From Dehalococcoidia bacterium (GTDB taxonomy: Bacteria; Chloroflexota; Dehalococcoidia; Lucifugimonadales; UBA3495), in assembly GCA_963693555.1 (NCBI GenBank), contig CAVOAA010000001.1:1-46072 (forward strand): DNA of 46,072 nt, in the 5' to 3' direction. Of the stretch, positions 25,163 to 37,666 are shown in pieces. Below the pieces are notes generated by a model. The model ran no database searches. It was not told the origin of the DNA and worked only from the letters and a program-made list of their open reading frames with translations. A program made the translations under genes and the position numbers. Each line of letters starts with the position of its first letter. Position 1 is the first letter of the stretch.

Positions 25163-27793
25163 CTAGGCGGTGGCTCCGTGACAGCGTTTGTACTTCTTGC
25201 CGCTGCCGCAGGGGCATGAGGCACTCCGGCTTACCTTGCCTCCGGTTGCCACTGGAGATGACACACGGCTGGCGTCGTTAACTGCCTTCATGGGGCTCTC
25301 TTTGGGAGTGGCAGCAGCCGACTGACGGTGCCCGGTCCCTGGGGCAGGCGTCTGGTTGAGCGTGGCGTGGAACACGGTGTGAATCACCTCATTCTCGATC
25401 GCCACCTGCAGTGTGCCGAACATCTTATTGCCCTCAGACCGGTACACAACCAGCGGGTCCCTTTGGCCGTAAGCCTGTAGTCCGACCCCGGTGCGCAGGT
25501 TCTCCATGGCAGTCAGGTGCTGCACCCAATGAGTGTCGATGGCCCGCAAGAGCAACAACCGTTCGATGGTCCGCGCCTGTTCTTCTCCAACGTCCTGTTC
25601 CCGGGCGTTATAGACCGTCGCGGCGAAGTCGTCCAGAATCTCCATGATCTGGTCGCGGTCCCACTCGAATATCTGATCGTCAGTGGCGAGTTCCGGGGGC
25701 AGAGGGCATATCTGACTCAGTTCGTCGATGAGACCGGCTGGGTTCCAATCGTCGATGTGTTTTCCGAGTAGGTGATGATTGGCCGACTCCGTGAACGTCC
25801 GCCGGAGCATATTCACGAATTTTTCCTTGAGCGACTCTCCGCTCAGGGCTTCAAAGCGGTCTTCGTAGATGACCTGACGCTGCTTGTTCAGCACGTCGTC
25901 ATAGTCCAGCAGGTGCTTACGCATGTCGAAGTGGTAGCCTTCCACCTTGACCTGGGCGCCGCCGATGGACTTGGTGATGATCTTGTTCTCAACTGGAGTA
26001 TCTTCGTCCAGACCGGCCCAGCCCATGATGGACTTGATCCGTTCTCCGCCGAAGCGCTGCATCAGTTCATCTTCCAGGGAAACGTAGAACTGGGAGCTGC
26101 CCGGGTCGCCCTGGCGTCCGGCGCGGCCCCTTAGCTGGTTGTCGATGCGTCGTGCGTCGTGGTGCTCGGTTCCCAGAACGTGAAGGCCGCCCAATTCGAT
26201 GACCTTGTCGTGTTCTTCCTTCCAGCCATCACGGCCGGTGTCAGCGCCGCCCAGGACGATGTCAGTGCCACGGCCGGCCATGTTGGTTGACACGGTTACA
26301 GCGTCGAGCCGGCCTGCCTGAGTGACGATCGTCGCTTCGTGCTCGTGGTTCTTGGCGTTCAATACCTGGTGCGGGACGCCGCGTTTCTTGAGCCGTTCAC
26401 TCAGATATTCAGAGTCTTCCACTGATGTGGTGCCGATCAGAACAGGCTGGTGAGTCTCGTGTAGGGTGGCGATGTCTTCAGTGACGACATTCCACTTGCC
26501 GTCTTCGGTCTGGAACACCAGGTCAGAGTTGTCTTTCCGGACCAAGGGCATGTTGGTGGGGATTGCCACGACTTCTAGCCCATAGATCTTGTAGAACTCG
26601 TCTTGCTCGGTGAGAGCAGTACCGGTCATGCCGGACAGCTTCTGGTACAGGCGGAAGTAGTTCTGGAGAGTGATGGTGGCGTAGGTGATACTCTCTCGTT
26701 GGATCTTGAGGTTCTCTTTGGCCTCCACAGCCTGATGGAGACCGTCGGACCAACGGCGGCCCGGTTGGAGGCGCCCCGTGAAATCATCGACGATGATCAC
26801 CTCGCCGTCCTGTACCACGTAGTCTTTGTCGCGGATCTTGGAGATCTCAGCCGACAGGGCGTTCTCCATGTAGTGGACCTGGTGGTAGTTTTCCGGGTCA
26901 TAGAGGTTGGAGGTATTGGTCCAATTCTCCATCTTGGCGATGCCTTCAACCGTCAGGGCTATTGACTGGGTGCGTTCGTCAATAGTGAAATCGGTCTCTT
27001 CTTCCAGGCGTGTCACCAGCTTGGCGAAGCTCTGGTAGAGCTGGACCGGCTCTTCCGCCGGGCCGCTGATGATAAGAGGGGTCCGCGCCTCGTCGATGAG
27101 GATGTTGTCGACCTCGTCCACGATGGCGTAGTTCAACTCTCTCTGTACCCGGTTGGCCTGGTCCAGGGCCATATTGTCTCTGAGGTAGTCGAAACCGAAC
27201 TCGTTGTTGGTACCGTAGGTGATATCTGCCCGATAGGCCTCGGCACGAGTGACTGCACGCAGCTGTTCCATGCCGACTGGGGCGTTGGCGACCTCCGGGT
27301 CGTACATGTAACTGACCTCGTGCTGCAGGCAACCGACGGTCAGGCCCAAAGAATGGTAGATCTGACCCATCCAGACCGGGTCACGGCGTGCCAGGTAGTC
27401 GTTGACGGTGACTACGTGGACGCCATGTCTTTCCAGGGCGTTGATGTAGACGGCCAGAGTGGCTACCAGGGTCTTGCCCTCTCCGGTCTTCATCTCCGCG
27501 ATCTGGCCCATGTGCAAGACCAGGCCGCCGATGAGTTGTACGTCGTAATGGCGTTGTTTCAGGGTACGCCGGGCGGCTTCTCTCACCGTGGCGAAGGCCT
27601 CAGGCACCAGGTCTTCCAGGCTTTCACCCTCGGCCAGACGGGAACGGAACTCCTCGGTCATGCCCCGAAGTTCCTCGTCGGTCATTTTCTGGAAATCTTC
27701 TTCCAGGTCGTTTATGTCTTTGACGAAAGGGGTCAGTTTCTTTAGTGCTTTTTCATTTGGATCGCCAAGCACTCTTTGAAGAACGGAAACCAT
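25163..27793 (-). CDS. secA: Preprotein translocase ATPase SecA
   Basis: MVSVLQRVLGDPNEKALKKL, the DEAD-like motor (MKTGEGKT, DEVDNILIDEARTPLIISG, TNMAGRGTDI) and the C-terminal zinc finger CPCGSGKKYKRCHG. Confidence 0.97.
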   Translation of the reverse strand: MVSVLQRVLGDPNEKALKKLTPFVKDINDLEEDFQKMTDEELRGMTEEFRSRLAEGESLEDLVPEAFATVREAARRTLKQRHYDVQLIGGLVLHMGQIAEMKTGEGKTLVATLAVYINALERHGVHVVTVNDYLARRDPVWMGQIYHSLGLTVGCLQHEVSYMYDPEVANAPVGMEQLRAVTRAEAYRADITYGTNNEFGFDYLRDNMALDQANRVQRELNYAIVDEVDNILIDEARTPLIISGPAEEPVQLYQSFAKLVTRLEEETDFTIDERTQSIALTVEGIAKMENWTNTSNLYDPENYHQVHYMENALSAEISKIRDKDYVVQDGEVIIVDDFTGRLQPGRRWSDGLHQAVEAKENLKIQRESITYATITLQNYFRLYQKLSGMTGTALTEQDEFYKIYGLEVVAIPTNMPLVRKDNSDLVFQTEDGKWNVVTEDIATLHETHQPVLIGTTSVEDSEYLSERLKKRGVPHQVLNAKNHEHEATIVTQAGRLDAVTVSTNMAGRGTDIVLGGADTGRDGWKEEHDKVIELGGLHVLGTEHHDARRIDNQLRGRAGRQGDPGSSQFYVSLEDELMQRFGGERIKSIMGWAGLDEDTPVENKIITKSIGGAQVKVEGYHFDMRKHLLDYDDVLNKQRQVIYEDRFEALSGESLKEKFVNMLRRTFTESANHHLLGKHIDDWNPAGLIDELSQICPLPPELATDDQIFEWDRDQIMEILDDFAATVYNAREQDVGEEQARTIERLLLLRAIDTHWVQHLTAMENLRTGVGLQAYGQRDPLVVYRSEGNKMFGTLQVAIENEVIHTVFHATLNQTPAPGTGHRQSAAATPKESPMKAVNDASRVSSPVATGGKVSRSASCPCGSGKKYKRCHGATA

Positions 27794-27987
27794 GGATATT
27801 CAGACCTCGCAGAATGGCACCGTGTCCGGGCCGGTGTTTTGGGTGTGCGGGTTATGCCACCCAGACGTCTTCTGTGACCGGCTGAGATGGCGTAATACCA
27901 ATTATATTGTATCCAAAGCCTACTGGGGATGCACGCCCAGTCATTTCCGATTAGAGGGCCTAGAGGCGTGGGCTGTCAGTTGACCAG

Positions 27988-28965
27988 TTAAGTCAGGTTA
28001 TGGAGGTTGGACGTTCCAGACTGCCGCATCCAGTCTTGAAGCTCTGCCAAGATACGCCAGGGCGCGGACAACCCAACCAGGTTGGCGCTACCTATCTGTA
28101 CGGCTGACGCACCGGCAAGGATGTATTCCGCGGCGTGTTCACCCGAGAATATTCCCCCGACGCCTATGATTGGCACGTCCACTTCTTTGGCTACCTGGTA
28201 GACCAGGGCTAATGAAATGGGGCGCAGTCCGGGACCGGAAAGCCCGCCGGTGATATTACCCAATACCGGCTGACGGGTCTGGGTATCGATTCGCATGGCC
28301 GGCATGGTGTTGCAGATGGTCAGGGCATCGGCGCCAGAGTCGACGGCCGCGCGGGCGATCGCAGTGATGCTTGGTACGTTGGGGGCCAGTTTGGCAATTA
28401 CGGGTAGGTCGGTATTGGCCCGGACCGCCGCCACTGCCTGGGCGGTGAGACTGGGGCTGTGGCCGAACATGGACCCATCTTCCACATTGGGGCAACTGAG
28501 GTTGAGTTCGATGCCCTGGAAACCGGTCCCGGAGTTGGCCATGGCAGCCATCTCGCCGAACTGTTCAACGGAATCTGATGAAAAGCTGAGGATGCAGGTG
28601 GCGTTCCACTGGCTCCAGTCGGGGGTGACGTCACGTATCGCGGCTTCGATACCGGGGTTGGTGAGACCGATGGCGTTGAGGAATAGATGGTCGCCGGCGT
28701 CCCAGGCTTCACGGTAGGACGGAGGGTACCACCGTGGTTCAGGGTTGCCTTCCCGTGGCAGGCGAGTGAAAGTCTTGGGGACCACCGCGCCCAGTTGGCC
28801 CAGGTCCATATCTTTGGTGATGCCTCTGCCATAACCGTCGTATCCGAAGGTCCCAGAGGCAATCATCACTGGATTGGCCAACCTAAGATGATGGTGGTTG
28901 TTGGGGGCCAGATCTACGGATAGATCTAGCCCTTGAACAGACTCCGGTTTACTCGTCTCCCTCAT
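27988..28965 (-). CDS. pyrD: Dihydroorotate dehydrogenase, class 1 (catalytic subunit)
   Basis: [32 protein letters not shown] (Cys base), KLAPNV, GGLSGP and IIGVGGI. I prefer the start at ATG 28965 (MRETSKP). It overlaps the rpoC 3' end by 17 nt. Confidence 0.85.
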   Translation of the reverse strand: MRETSKPESVQGLDLSVDLAPNNHHHLRLANPVMIASGTFGYDGYGRGITKDMDLGQLGAVVPKTFTRLPREGNPEPRWYPPSYREAWDAGDHLFLNAIGLTNPGIEAAIRDVTPDWSQWNATCILSFSSDSVEQFGEMAAMANSGTGFQGIELNLSCPNVEDGSMFGHSPSLTAQAVAAVRANTDLPVIAKLAPNVPSITAIARAAVDSGADALTICNTMPAMRIDTQTRQPVLGNITGGLSGPGLRPISLALVYQVAKEVDVPIIGVGGIFSGEHAAEYILAGASAVQIGSANLVGLSAPWRILAELQDWMRQSGTSNLHNLT

Positions 28966-31900
28966 CTTCTTCTGAGGCGACGCTTGGTTCGTCGCTCCCC
29001 TCCGCATCCGCTTCTCCAGTGTCGGGACTTGAGCCGTTAGTGCTGGTCTCGACTGCGTCTTCGTCCCCGTCCTCTTTCTCTTCCGCTTCTTCTTCAGCGT
29101 CGAGCTCGTCTTCCGGGGCGTCTTCCGGCTGTTCGTCCTCTACCTCTTCTTCGACAGCCACTTCGGACGCCGGTTCTGAGTTATCAGATTCGGCATTATC
29201 GGTGAAGATATTGGGTTCGGCCGGTTCGTCGTCGCTGGGCTCTTGGTTGAAGGCGCTGTTGGCAGAGTCATCAATAGAGTCCGTTGCGCCCAACCATCCG
29301 GGAGGAGACACTGCGGCGATCTCCGGCACCGGTTGGGGTTTCAGCAGCTCTTCCATGCCGGGAATCTCAACCCTGGCTGGGATGAGCCGGCCGATGATGA
29401 CGTTTTCCTTCAGTCCCTGCAGCCAGTCTTGCTGTCCGCTTACTGCGGCCTGAGTCAGCACCCTGGTGGTCTCCTGGAAGGAGGCCGCGGACAGGAAGCT
29501 GTCGGTTAGCAGTGATGCCCGGGTTATGCCGAGCAGGATGGGCTTGGCGGTGGTCGGTTCCCCGCCCTCAGCCAGGACCTTGGCGTTCTGGTTTTGGAAC
29601 TGGTATTTGTCGACCATCTGTCCCGGTATGAAATCCGAGTCTCCGGTGGACTCCACCTGAACGCGGCGGAGCATCTGCCGGAGGATGATCTCGATGTGTT
29701 TGTCGTGGATGGCCACACCCTGAGACTGATAGACCTGCTGAACCTGGTCTACCAGGTAGCTCTGCAGGTCATCTTTACCACGGATGTGGAGGATGTCATG
29801 CGGGTTCAAGGGGCCGTTGATCAGCGGGTCACCGGCCAGGACGTTTTCGCCGTCTTTGACCAGCAGGCGGGAAGAGGCGTTGATCAAGTGTTCGCGGACT
29901 TCTACATCGTCCCAGACGATCGATATGACACCTGAGTCGATCTCTACGCGGCCTCCAATGTTGGCGACGACCTGTTCCACGGCTTCGCCTTCACCGGACT
30001 GGGCTGCTTCAATGGCGTCTACAGCGGCCTTCTTGATGGCTGCCTTGGACTTCCGGCCTTTGAGTGCGGGCATGGATGTGGCCAGCACTGTTCCAGGCTC
30101 CACACTTTCGCCCTCGTCGACCAGGATAAGGCCGTCTTCGGGGGCCGTATAGTCTTCACGGAACTCTTCTCGGCTCATGATACGTAGCCGGCGACCTTCG
30201 TCATCCGTGAAGAGTTCGATCACGCCGTCAATGTCGGCCAGAATCGCTGCACCTTTCGGCACGCGGGCCTCGAAGAGCTCTTCTACTCTGGGCAGACCGC
30301 TGGTGATGTCCAACCCGGCGATACCGCCGGTGTGGAACGTACGCATGGTCAGCTGTGTGCCGGGCTCGCCGATGCTCTGGGCGGCGATGATGCCCACGGC
30401 CTGGCCCATGTACACCGTATATCCGGTGGCAGGCAAGACGCCGTAGCAGGATTGGCAAACGCCGCGGCGGCATTCGCAAACCAATGGCGAGCGGACTGGT
30501 ACTTCTCTGATGCCGGCGTCAGCGATGGCCTGGCCGATCTCCAGGGTGATCGGTTGATTGCGCTCGATGAGAATCTCTCCTGTCTCGGGATGCGCAACCG
30601 GCGCGGCGGCCAGTCTGCCATTGACCCGTTCGGCCAGGGTCTTGGCGGTCGGGTCTTCGGGACGCGGAGTGACCCAAAATGAGTCGAGGGTCCCGCAGTC
30701 CTCTTCTAGGATGATCACTTCTTGGGCGATGTCGATCAACCGCCGGGTCAGGTAGCCGCTGTCGGCAGTCCTGAGAGCGGTGTCAGCCAGGCCTTTCCGT
30801 GCTCCGTGCGTGGAAATGAAGTATTCCAGGGCGGTCAGGCCCTCCCGGAAACTCGAGGTGATGGGCAAGTCGATGATCCGTCCCTTCGGGTTGCTCATCA
30901 AGCCGCGCATACCGGCCATCTGTTTGATCTGGGAGATATTACCCTTGGCGCCGGACACGGCCATCACGGCGATGCCGCCGTAATTTGGCAGTTCTTCTTC
31001 AACGAATTCCGTGGTCCTGTCGGACGCTTTGGTCCAGGCGTCAATCGTCTTCTCGTAGCGCTCCTCTTCAGAGATGAGGCCGGAGAGGTACTGTTCTTCG
31101 AACCCGCTTACTTGCAACGCAGTCTCTCTCAAGACCTCGGGCTTCTTGGCGGAAACTTGAATGTCATTGATGGCTATGGTAATGCCGGACGTGGTGGCGT
31201 AATGGAATCCCAGGTCCTTGACGCCGTCCAAGACCTCAGCGGTCTCTTCATTGGTGAGAGTCCGGTAAAGCTGTGCGGTAAGGTCCTTCAGGGCTCCCCG
31301 GTTCATCAAGATGTTCTGGAAGCCGATCTTCTGCGGAAGAATCTCGTTGAAGATCATCCGGCCCAGAGTCGTTTCGACCCATTCGCCTTCGTAATGGCGC
31401 ACTTCCCGGACATGGATGGGAGCGTGCAGGTCAATCAGGTCCGACGCGTGAGCGATACGGGCCTCGTCAAAGTCATTGAATCTGCTGCCGGCGCCGTCGC
31501 TGCGTTCCCGAATCTCCGTCAGGTAGTAGCAGCCCATGACCATGTCTAGCGTCGGGGCAACCAGAGGTTCTCCGGAGGCCGGCGACAGCATGTTGTGGGT
31601 GCTCAGCATTATTTCTTTGGCTTCCAGCACCGCCATCCGGGACAGTGGTACGTGGACGGCCATCTGGTCGCCGTCGAAGTCCGCGTTGAAGGCGGAACAG
31701 ACCAACGGGTGAATCTGAATAGCGTTGCCTTCGATGAGCACAGGCATGAATGCCTGGATGCCCAACCGGTGCAATGTGGGCGCACGGTTGATCAACACGG
31801 GGCGGTCTTTGATGACATCTTCCAGGATGTCCCAGACCTCGCCACGGGCGCGCTCGACCATGCGTTTGGCGTTCTTGATGTTGGGCGCTATGCCCAGAAT

Positions 31901-33433
31901 CACCAGCCGGTGCATGACGAAAGGCTTGAACAGTTCTAGGGCCATGCGTTTCGGCAGGCCGCACTGGTCCATCTTGAGCTCGGGGCCCACGACGATGACC
32001 GAACGTCCACTGTAGTCCACCCGTTTGCCCAGCAGGTTCTGGCGGAAGCGGCCTTGCTTGCCGCGCAGCAGGTCGGACAGAGACTTTAGCTTGTGGTTGT
32101 GGCTGCCCTGGATGGGGCGGCCTCGGCGGCCGTTGTCGATCAGGGCGTCCACGGCCTCCTGCAGCATCCGCTTTTCGTTGCGGATGATGATCTCCGGCGC
32201 TCCTAGAGACATGAGTCTCTTCAACCGGTTATTGCGGTTGATGACGCGGCGGTAGAGGTCGTTCAGGTCGCTGGTGGCGAACCGTCCTCCGTCCAACTGG
32301 ACCATTGGGCGCAGCTCGGGAGGCAGGACCGGCAGCACGGAGAGAATCATGTCCTCGACGCGGTTGCCGCTGTTCCGGAAGGACTCAACAACGCGCAGGC
32401 GTTTGATGGCCTTCTTCCGGCGTTGGCCGGACGTGGAGTGCATCTCGTTGACCAGTTCGTCTCGGAGAGCCTCCAGGTTGGTGGTTTTCAGAATGGCCAA
32501 GATGGCCTCGGCGCCCATGTTCGCTACGAACACGTCACCATAGGCCTCTTTCAGTTGCCGGTAGCGGGTCTCGGCGATGAGCGTGTGGACCCGCAGGTCA
32601 TCCAGCTCGTCGAGGGCAGTTTTCAGCTGCTCATCCAATTGGCCTTCTTCGATGGTTAATTGCTCGGCAACTGCGTCGATCTCTGCCCCAATCGCAACCG
32701 GGTCCATCTCGACTTCCGGCTCTTCAAGCAAGGCCGGAGCGCCGTCATCTATGTTCCCGTCTTCATCCACGGCAATTTCGGCGACAGCCTCTTCGGCTAC
32801 AACTTCTTCGGCAGCCTCAGCGGACTCGTCCTCAGAAGAATCCTCGGCGGGTTCATCAGTCGTGCTTTCAATGCCTTCCAGGCGTGCTTTCAGGTCTTCG
32901 GTGCGGGCTTCGGCTTGCCGGCGCGCTTTTCGCAGTTCCAAGTCGAACTTGGCCTGTTCCAGCTCGATGGCTTCCAGGCGCACGTCTTCGTCCACAGACA
33001 CAATGATGTGCTGGGCGAAGTAGAGCACCCGCTCCAGGTTTCTGGGAGACAGGTCTAGGAGCAGACCCAGGCGGCTGGGTGTGGTCTTGCTGAACCAGAT
33101 GTGGGCTACGGGCGCGGCCAAGCGAATGTGGCCCATGCGCTCACGCCGGACCTTGGAACGCGTGACTTCAACGCCACAACGGTCGCAGATGACACCGCGA
33201 TAGCGAATGCGCTTGTACTTGCCGCAGAAGCACTCCCAGTCCTTGGTGGGTCCGAACAGCCTTTCACAGAAGAGGCCGTCCTTCTCCGGACGTAGTGTGC
33301 GGTAGTTGATGGTCTCGGGCTTGGTTACTTCGCCGTGAGACCAGTTGAGTATCTGTTCAGGGGACGCAATGGAGATGCGGATCGCGTTGAAGTTCGTCCC
33401 TTGAGAGTCCGCCCTATCTACCATCCTGACCAT
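28949..33433 (-). CDS. rpoC: DNA-directed RNA polymerase subunit beta-prime, with a lineage-specific insertion and a long acidic C-terminal tail
   Basis: Zn-binding CxCGKYK..Cxx[20 protein letters not shown], and trigger-loop and bridge-helix regions. 1494 aa. Confidence 0.97.
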   Translation of the reverse strand: MVRMVDRADSQGTNFNAIRISIASPEQILNWSHGEVTKPETINYRTLRPEKDGLFCERLFGPTKDWECFCGKYKRIRYRGVICDRCGVEVTRSKVRRERMGHIRLAAPVAHIWFSKTTPSRLGLLLDLSPRNLERVLYFAQHIIVSVDEDVRLEAIELEQAKFDLELRKARRQAEARTEDLKARLEGIESTTDEPAEDSSEDESAEAAEEVVAEEAVAEIAVDEDGNIDDGAPALLEEPEVEMDPVAIGAEIDAVAEQLTIEEGQLDEQLKTALDELDDLRVHTLIAETRYRQLKEAYGDVFVANMGAEAILAILKTTNLEALRDELVNEMHSTSGQRRKKAIKRLRVVESFRNSGNRVEDMILSVLPVLPPELRPMVQLDGGRFATSDLNDLYRRVINRNNRLKRLMSLGAPEIIIRNEKRMLQEAVDALIDNGRRGRPIQGSHNHKLKSLSDLLRGKQGRFRQNLLGKRVDYSGRSVIVVGPELKMDQCGLPKRMALELFKPFVMHRLVILGIAPNIKNAKRMVERARGEVWDILEDVIKDRPVLINRAPTLHRLGIQAFMPVLIEGNAIQIHPLVCSAFNADFDGDQMAVHVPLSRMAVLEAKEIMLSTHNMLSPASGEPLVAPTLDMVMGCYYLTEIRERSDGAGSRFNDFDEARIAHASDLIDLHAPIHVREVRHYEGEWVETTLGRMIFNEILPQKIGFQNILMNRGALKDLTAQLYRTLTNEETAEVLDGVKDLGFHYATTSGITIAINDIQVSAKKPEVLRETALQVSGFEEQYLSGLISEEERYEKTIDAWTKASDRTTEFVEEELPNYGGIAVMAVSGAKGNISQIKQMAGMRGLMSNPKGRIIDLPITSSFREGLTALEYFISTHGARKGLADTALRTADSGYLTRRLIDIAQEVIILEEDCGTLDSFWVTPRPEDPTAKTLAERVNGRLAAAPVAHPETGEILIERNQPITLEIGQAIADAGIREVPVRSPLVCECRRGVCQSCYGVLPATGYTVYMGQAVGIIAAQSIGEPGTQLTMRTFHTGGIAGLDITSGLPRVEELFEARVPKGAAILADIDGVIELFTDDEGRRLRIMSREEFREDYTAPEDGLILVDEGESVEPGTVLATSMPALKGRKSKAAIKKAAVDAIEAAQSGEGEAVEQVVANIGGRVEIDSGVISIVWDDVEVREHLINASSRLLVKDGENVLAGDPLINGPLNPHDILHIRGKDDLQSYLVDQVQQVYQSQGVAIHDKHIEIILRQMLRRVQVESTGDSDFIPGQMVDKYQFQNQNAKVLAEGGEPTTAKPILLGITRASLLTDSFLSAASFQETTRVLTQAAVSGQQDWLQGLKENVIIGRLIPARVEIPGMEELLKPQPVPEIAAVSPPGWLGATDSIDDSANSAFNQEPSDDEPAEPNIFTDNAESDNSEPASEVAVEEEVEDEQPEDAPEDELDAEEEAEEKEDGDEDAVETSTNGSSPDTGEADAEGSDEPSVASEEDEGDE

Positions 33434-36400
33434 TAAATCGTCTCCATCGCCTGGAATAGATCGGTTTCGTCCGCGAGTCCCTGGACCAGTGGCGGGCGCC
33501 TTTCTTCGTTCAACAGCTCCACCGCCAAACCCAAACTCTGGAGTTCTTTGAGCAGGACGTTGAACGATTCCGGCACACCCGGTTGACCGATGGGTTCACC
33601 CTTGACGATCGCTTCGTAGGTTTTAACGCGTCCGGCAACGTCATCAGACTTCACCGTCAGCACTTCTTGCAGGTTATATGCCGCGCTGTAGGCTTCGAGA
33701 GCCCACACTTCCATCTCACCGAACCGTTGTCCGCCGAACTGGGCCTTTCCGCCCAGGGGCTGTTGGGTAATCATGGAGTAAGGACCTGTTGACCGCGCGT
33801 GAATCTTGTCTTCCACCAAATGTATGAGCTTCAAGATATAGATGTCGCCCACAGTGACCAATTGGTCAAAGTTTTCTCCGGTCCGTCCGTCGCTGAGCTC
33901 GAACTTTCCGAAAGTGGGCGGAGCGATGCGCATTTCGCGGTGCACATCGATCGCGGCGCGTCGCATCTCTTCCAGGGTCATTTCCTTGGCATCGACATTG
34001 GCTTTGTCAACCAGCCACATCCGGAGACAGGCTGTTTGGGCGGCGCCGAATTTCGTCTCGTCAAAGATTTCCCTGGGATTGTAGCCTTTAGATTCCAACC
34101 AGCGGTCAACCTGAGGGTAATCTACCTCAGGCGAACCATTATCGGAATTGCTGATGCTGGTGGCGCCTGCTTGTTCCGTGAACCAAACACGGGCCAGGGC
34201 ATCTTCGATGGCTGGGTCACCGGCGCCGTCGAAAACCGGGGTTTGGGCTCTGAAATTCAGGCCGCGGGCGGCCCAACCCAAGTGGGTTTCCAGTACCTGT
34301 CCCAGGTTCATCCGTGAGGGCACGCCGATGGGGTTCAAGATGATGTCTACAGGGGTGCCGTCGGCCATGTAGGGCATGTCCTCTTCCGGCAGGATCCTGG
34401 CGACCACACCCTTGTTACCGTGTCGGCCGGCCATCTTGTCTCCAACGGATATCTTGCGGGTTTGGGCGATCCAGACCCTGACGGCCTCGTTCACGCCCGG
34501 CGAAAGATCGTCTTTGTTTTCGCGGGTCAGGACTTTGACTTCGATGACCTTGCCGCGTTCCCCATGGGGCACGCGGAGAGAGGTGTCTTTTACGTCGCGG
34601 GACTTCTCGCCGAATATGGCGCGCAGGAGTTTTTCCTCGGCGGTCAGTTCGGTCTCACCCTTGGGAGTGACCTTGCCGACGAGGATATCGCCTGGGCCGA
34701 CGTCGGCTCCGACGCGGATGATGCCGCGTTCGTCCAGGTCACGCAGGCTAGTCTCCCCTACGTTGGGGATGTCCCGAGTGATTTCCTCGGGGCCCAGCTT
34801 GGTCTCCCGGGCTTCCATCTCATGTTTCTCTATGTGTATAGAGGTGAAGTAATCGTCGCGATAGAGTCGCTCGCTGACGATGATAGCGTCTTCGTAGTTG
34901 TAACCCTCCCAGGACATGAAGGCCACCAGGACGTTCTGGCCCAAAGCCAATTCGCCGTGGTCGGTTGAAGAACTGTCAGCCAATACGCTGCCTACTTCCA
35001 CGACGTCGCCCTTGTTGGCGATGGGCCGTTGGTCGAAGCAGGTGCCCTGGTTAGTACGGGAGAACTTGATGACCGAGTGAGAGTGTTCCTCGCCTTCTTC
35101 GTCGGTCACGATAATCTCGCGACCAGTGACTGAGGTTACAACGCCGTTGGACTCGGACAGGACCATTTGGCCGCTGTCACGCGCCACGCGGCTTTCTATA
35201 CCGGTACCGACCACCGGGGCCTGAGGCCGCAGTAGAGGCACAGCCTGACGCTGCATGTTGGACCCCATCAGGGCCCGGTTGGCGTCGTCATGCTCTAGGA
35301 ACGGTATGAGCGCGGCGGACACACTCATGATCTGCATGGGCGAAACGTCCATGTAGTCAATCAGGTCTGCCGACTCCTGGGTGTATTCCTCACCTACCCG
35401 GAGTTCAACGCGGTCTTGGACAAACTGATTCAGGTGGTCCAGTTCTGCGTTGGCCTGGGCTACGTGGAAATCTTCTTCTTGGTCAGCCGACAGGTAGAGG
35501 ACCTGGTCATCGCCCGAGGCGACGAACGGCTGCACGTGAATCACGGTGTCTTTAGGCAGTTGCTTCAGGGCGTTCATCTTGTTGGCCCCGATCGCCCGGC
35601 CCTTGCCCACGATGGTCTTGCCATCCTTGTCCAATACCGACTCGGTGACCGTCCGGCCTTTAAGGTCGTCGGAATCGTTGAGAAGGGTCTTGAACACTTT
35701 CCTATAAGGAGACTCGATAAATCCGTATGGATTGATTCTGGCGAATGACGCCAGAGTGCTGAGCAGGCCGATGTTGGGGCCTTCAGGAGTCTCGATGGGG
35801 CAGATCCGACCGTAGTGAGAGAAGTGAACGTCCCGCACGTCGAATCCGGCCCGTTCTCTGGACAAGCCACCAGGGCCTAGTGCCGAGAGACGCCGTTTGT
35901 GGGTCAACTCAGCCAGAGGGTTGGTCTGGTCCATGAACTGGGACAACTGAGACCCGCCGAAGAACTCCCTGACCGCCGCAACCACGGGGCGGATGTTGAC
36001 CAGCCCTTGAGGTGCAGCAGCTTCGGGGTCCACCAGCGTCATTTTCTCTTTGACCATGCGCTCCATGCGGAGCAGGCCAACGCGGACCTGGTTCTGGACC
36101 AGTTCGCCCACCGCTCTGACGCGGCGGTTGCCCAGATGGTCGATGTCGTCCGGGCGGCCTTCGCCCTGGTTGATACGGATCATGGTACGGATGACCGAGA
36201 TCACGTCTTCCAGGCTCAGTGTCATCAGGTCGTTATTCGTGCCCTGTCCGAGGCGGCGGTTCAGCTTGTAACGGCCAACACGGCCCAGGTCGTACCGGCG
36301 GGGTCCGAAGAACAGGTTCCGGATCAGGGTCCGGGAGTTCTCCAGGCTGGGCGGTTCACCCGGTCGTAGACGGCGGTAAAACTCGATCTGCGCGGCAGCT

Positions 36401-37212
36401 ATGCGGCGTGCCGCTTCATCGTCAAATTCCTTGTCTTCGTGGAGCCAGTCCCACAGCGAGTGCAGGTCGTCTTCTTTGAAGTTCAGGTCCTTGGGCTCAA
36501 GAACAGGGTCCTTGTCCAAGGTCGTGCGCATGTAGTTGTGGACTTCGTCGGTGTCGATATCCGAGAACAGGGCCATCATCTCTTCGTCGTCCGCCACACC
36601 CAGGGCGCGGAGGAAAGTGGAGGCTGAGACCTTGCGCTTGCGGTCGACCTTGACGGAGATTATGTCCTTGGAGCTGGTCTCAAACTCGAGCCAGGCCCCG
36701 CGGGATGGGATCAGCTTGGCCGAGCACAGGCTGCGGTTGCTGATAGCGTTTCGTTCTAGTACAAAGTAGATACCGGGAGAGCGCACAAGCTGGCTCACCA
36801 CCACGCGTTCTGCGCCGTTGATGATGAAGGTGCCGTTGTTGGTCATCATGGGGATATCGCCCATGAAAATCTCTTGTTCTTTGATCTCGCCGGTCTCTTT
36901 CATAACCAGGCGAGTCTTCACATAGAGAGGCTGGGAGTAAGTGATCTCCCGCTCCTTGCTCTGTTGCGGCGAGTACTTGGCGTCACGGAAGTAATGCTCC
37001 AAGAAATGCAGCTCGTACTTATTGCCGGTGTAATCGGCAATTGGAGAGATCTCTTGATATACTTCGGTCAACCCCTCAGCCTTGATCCATTCCCAAGACT
37101 GAATCTGACTTTGGATCAAATTGGGGACTTCAATGATTTGCGGAATCTTAGAATAAGACTTGACGTCGGGCAGTTGCATAGATTGCCCTTTGAGAACAGG
37201 AGACAGAGCCAT
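33433..37212 (-). CDS. rpoB: DNA-directed RNA polymerase subunit beta
   Basis: Conserved beta blocks ([54 protein letters not shown]-like [13 protein letters not shown]). The TAA stop shares one nt with the rpoC ATG (ATAATG context). Confidence 0.97.
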   Translation of the reverse strand: MALSPVLKGQSMQLPDVKSYSKIPQIIEVPNLIQSQIQSWEWIKAEGLTEVYQEISPIADYTGNKYELHFLEHYFRDAKYSPQQSKEREITYSQPLYVKTRLVMKETGEIKEQEIFMGDIPMMTNNGTFIINGAERVVVSQLVRSPGIYFVLERNAISNRSLCSAKLIPSRGAWLEFETSSKDIISVKVDRKRKVSASTFLRALGVADDEEMMALFSDIDTDEVHNYMRTTLDKDPVLEPKDLNFKEDDLHSLWDWLHEDKEFDDEAARRIAAAQIEFYRRLRPGEPPSLENSRTLIRNLFFGPRRYDLGRVGRYKLNRRLGQGTNNDLMTLSLEDVISVIRTMIRINQGEGRPDDIDHLGNRRVRAVGELVQNQVRVGLLRMERMVKEKMTLVDPEAAAPQGLVNIRPVVAAVREFFGGSQLSQFMDQTNPLAELTHKRRLSALGPGGLSRERAGFDVRDVHFSHYGRICPIETPEGPNIGLLSTLASFARINPYGFIESPYRKVFKTLLNDSDDLKGRTVTESVLDKDGKTIVGKGRAIGANKMNALKQLPKDTVIHVQPFVASGDDQVLYLSADQEEDFHVAQANAELDHLNQFVQDRVELRVGEEYTQESADLIDYMDVSPMQIMSVSAALIPFLEHDDANRALMGSNMQRQAVPLLRPQAPVVGTGIESRVARDSGQMVLSESNGVVTSVTGREIIVTDEEGEEHSHSVIKFSRTNQGTCFDQRPIANKGDVVEVGSVLADSSSTDHGELALGQNVLVAFMSWEGYNYEDAIIVSERLYRDDYFTSIHIEKHEMEARETKLGPEEITRDIPNVGETSLRDLDERGIIRVGADVGPGDILVGKVTPKGETELTAEEKLLRAIFGEKSRDVKDTSLRVPHGERGKVIEVKVLTRENKDDLSPGVNEAVRVWIAQTRKISVGDKMAGRHGNKGVVARILPEEDMPYMADGTPVDIILNPIGVPSRMNLGQVLETHLGWAARGLNFRAQTPVFDGAGDPAIEDALARVWFTEQAGATSISNSDNGSPEVDYPQVDRWLESKGYNPREIFDETKFGAAQTACLRMWLVDKANVDAKEMTLEEMRRAAIDVHREMRIAPPTFGKFELSDGRTGENFDQLVTVGDIYILKLIHLVEDKIHARSTGPYSMITQQPLGGKAQFGGQRFGEMEVWALEAYSAAYNLQEVLTVKSDDVAGRVKTYEAIVKGEPIGQPGVPESFNVLLKELQSLGLAVELLNEERRPPLVQGLADETDLFQAMETI

Positions 37213-37374
37213 TTACCATACTCCTTAGCGTGTGTGGACGAGCCTGAATGAGACTGGCCGGGCGGCCGAATGCCTGAGGCGTGAGTGTATGCGGCTATAG
37301 TTGATGCTGGGGAAGGTCAATTACAGGTGTGGTGAACGAATTCGTCACATGTGGCATAGCACTAGTAAACCTCA

Positions 37375-37402
37375 ATTATACAAGTATTCGTTACAATGTC
37401 AA
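37375..37402 (-). promoter_or_regulatory. Near-consensus sigma-70 promoter for rpoBC
   Basis: On the minus strand: TTGACA (37402-37397), 16-nt spacer, TATAAT (37380-37375). This predicts a leader of roughly 155 nt before the rpoB ATG. Confidence 0.65.
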
Positions 37403-37666
37403 CGTAACTTCCCTAGGATTTCGACTGGTTCTGCCGAAAGTGCCCAGGGCATGTTTTTGCCTCACCGTTCCCTATCAATTTGATTGGCTGATGGGATATC
37501 ATCATCAGAAGACATAATCGTCGCGCGTCAGTATCGAACCCAAGCCATGCAACGCGCATTTATATGGCTACGCTCAGCATGTTAATAGTGAATTTAGAGT
37601 GATACACGCCCGGCCCCGCCGGCAAAGCTGGCTTGGACGCGGTCAGAATTCGTAACCTAGGACCGA

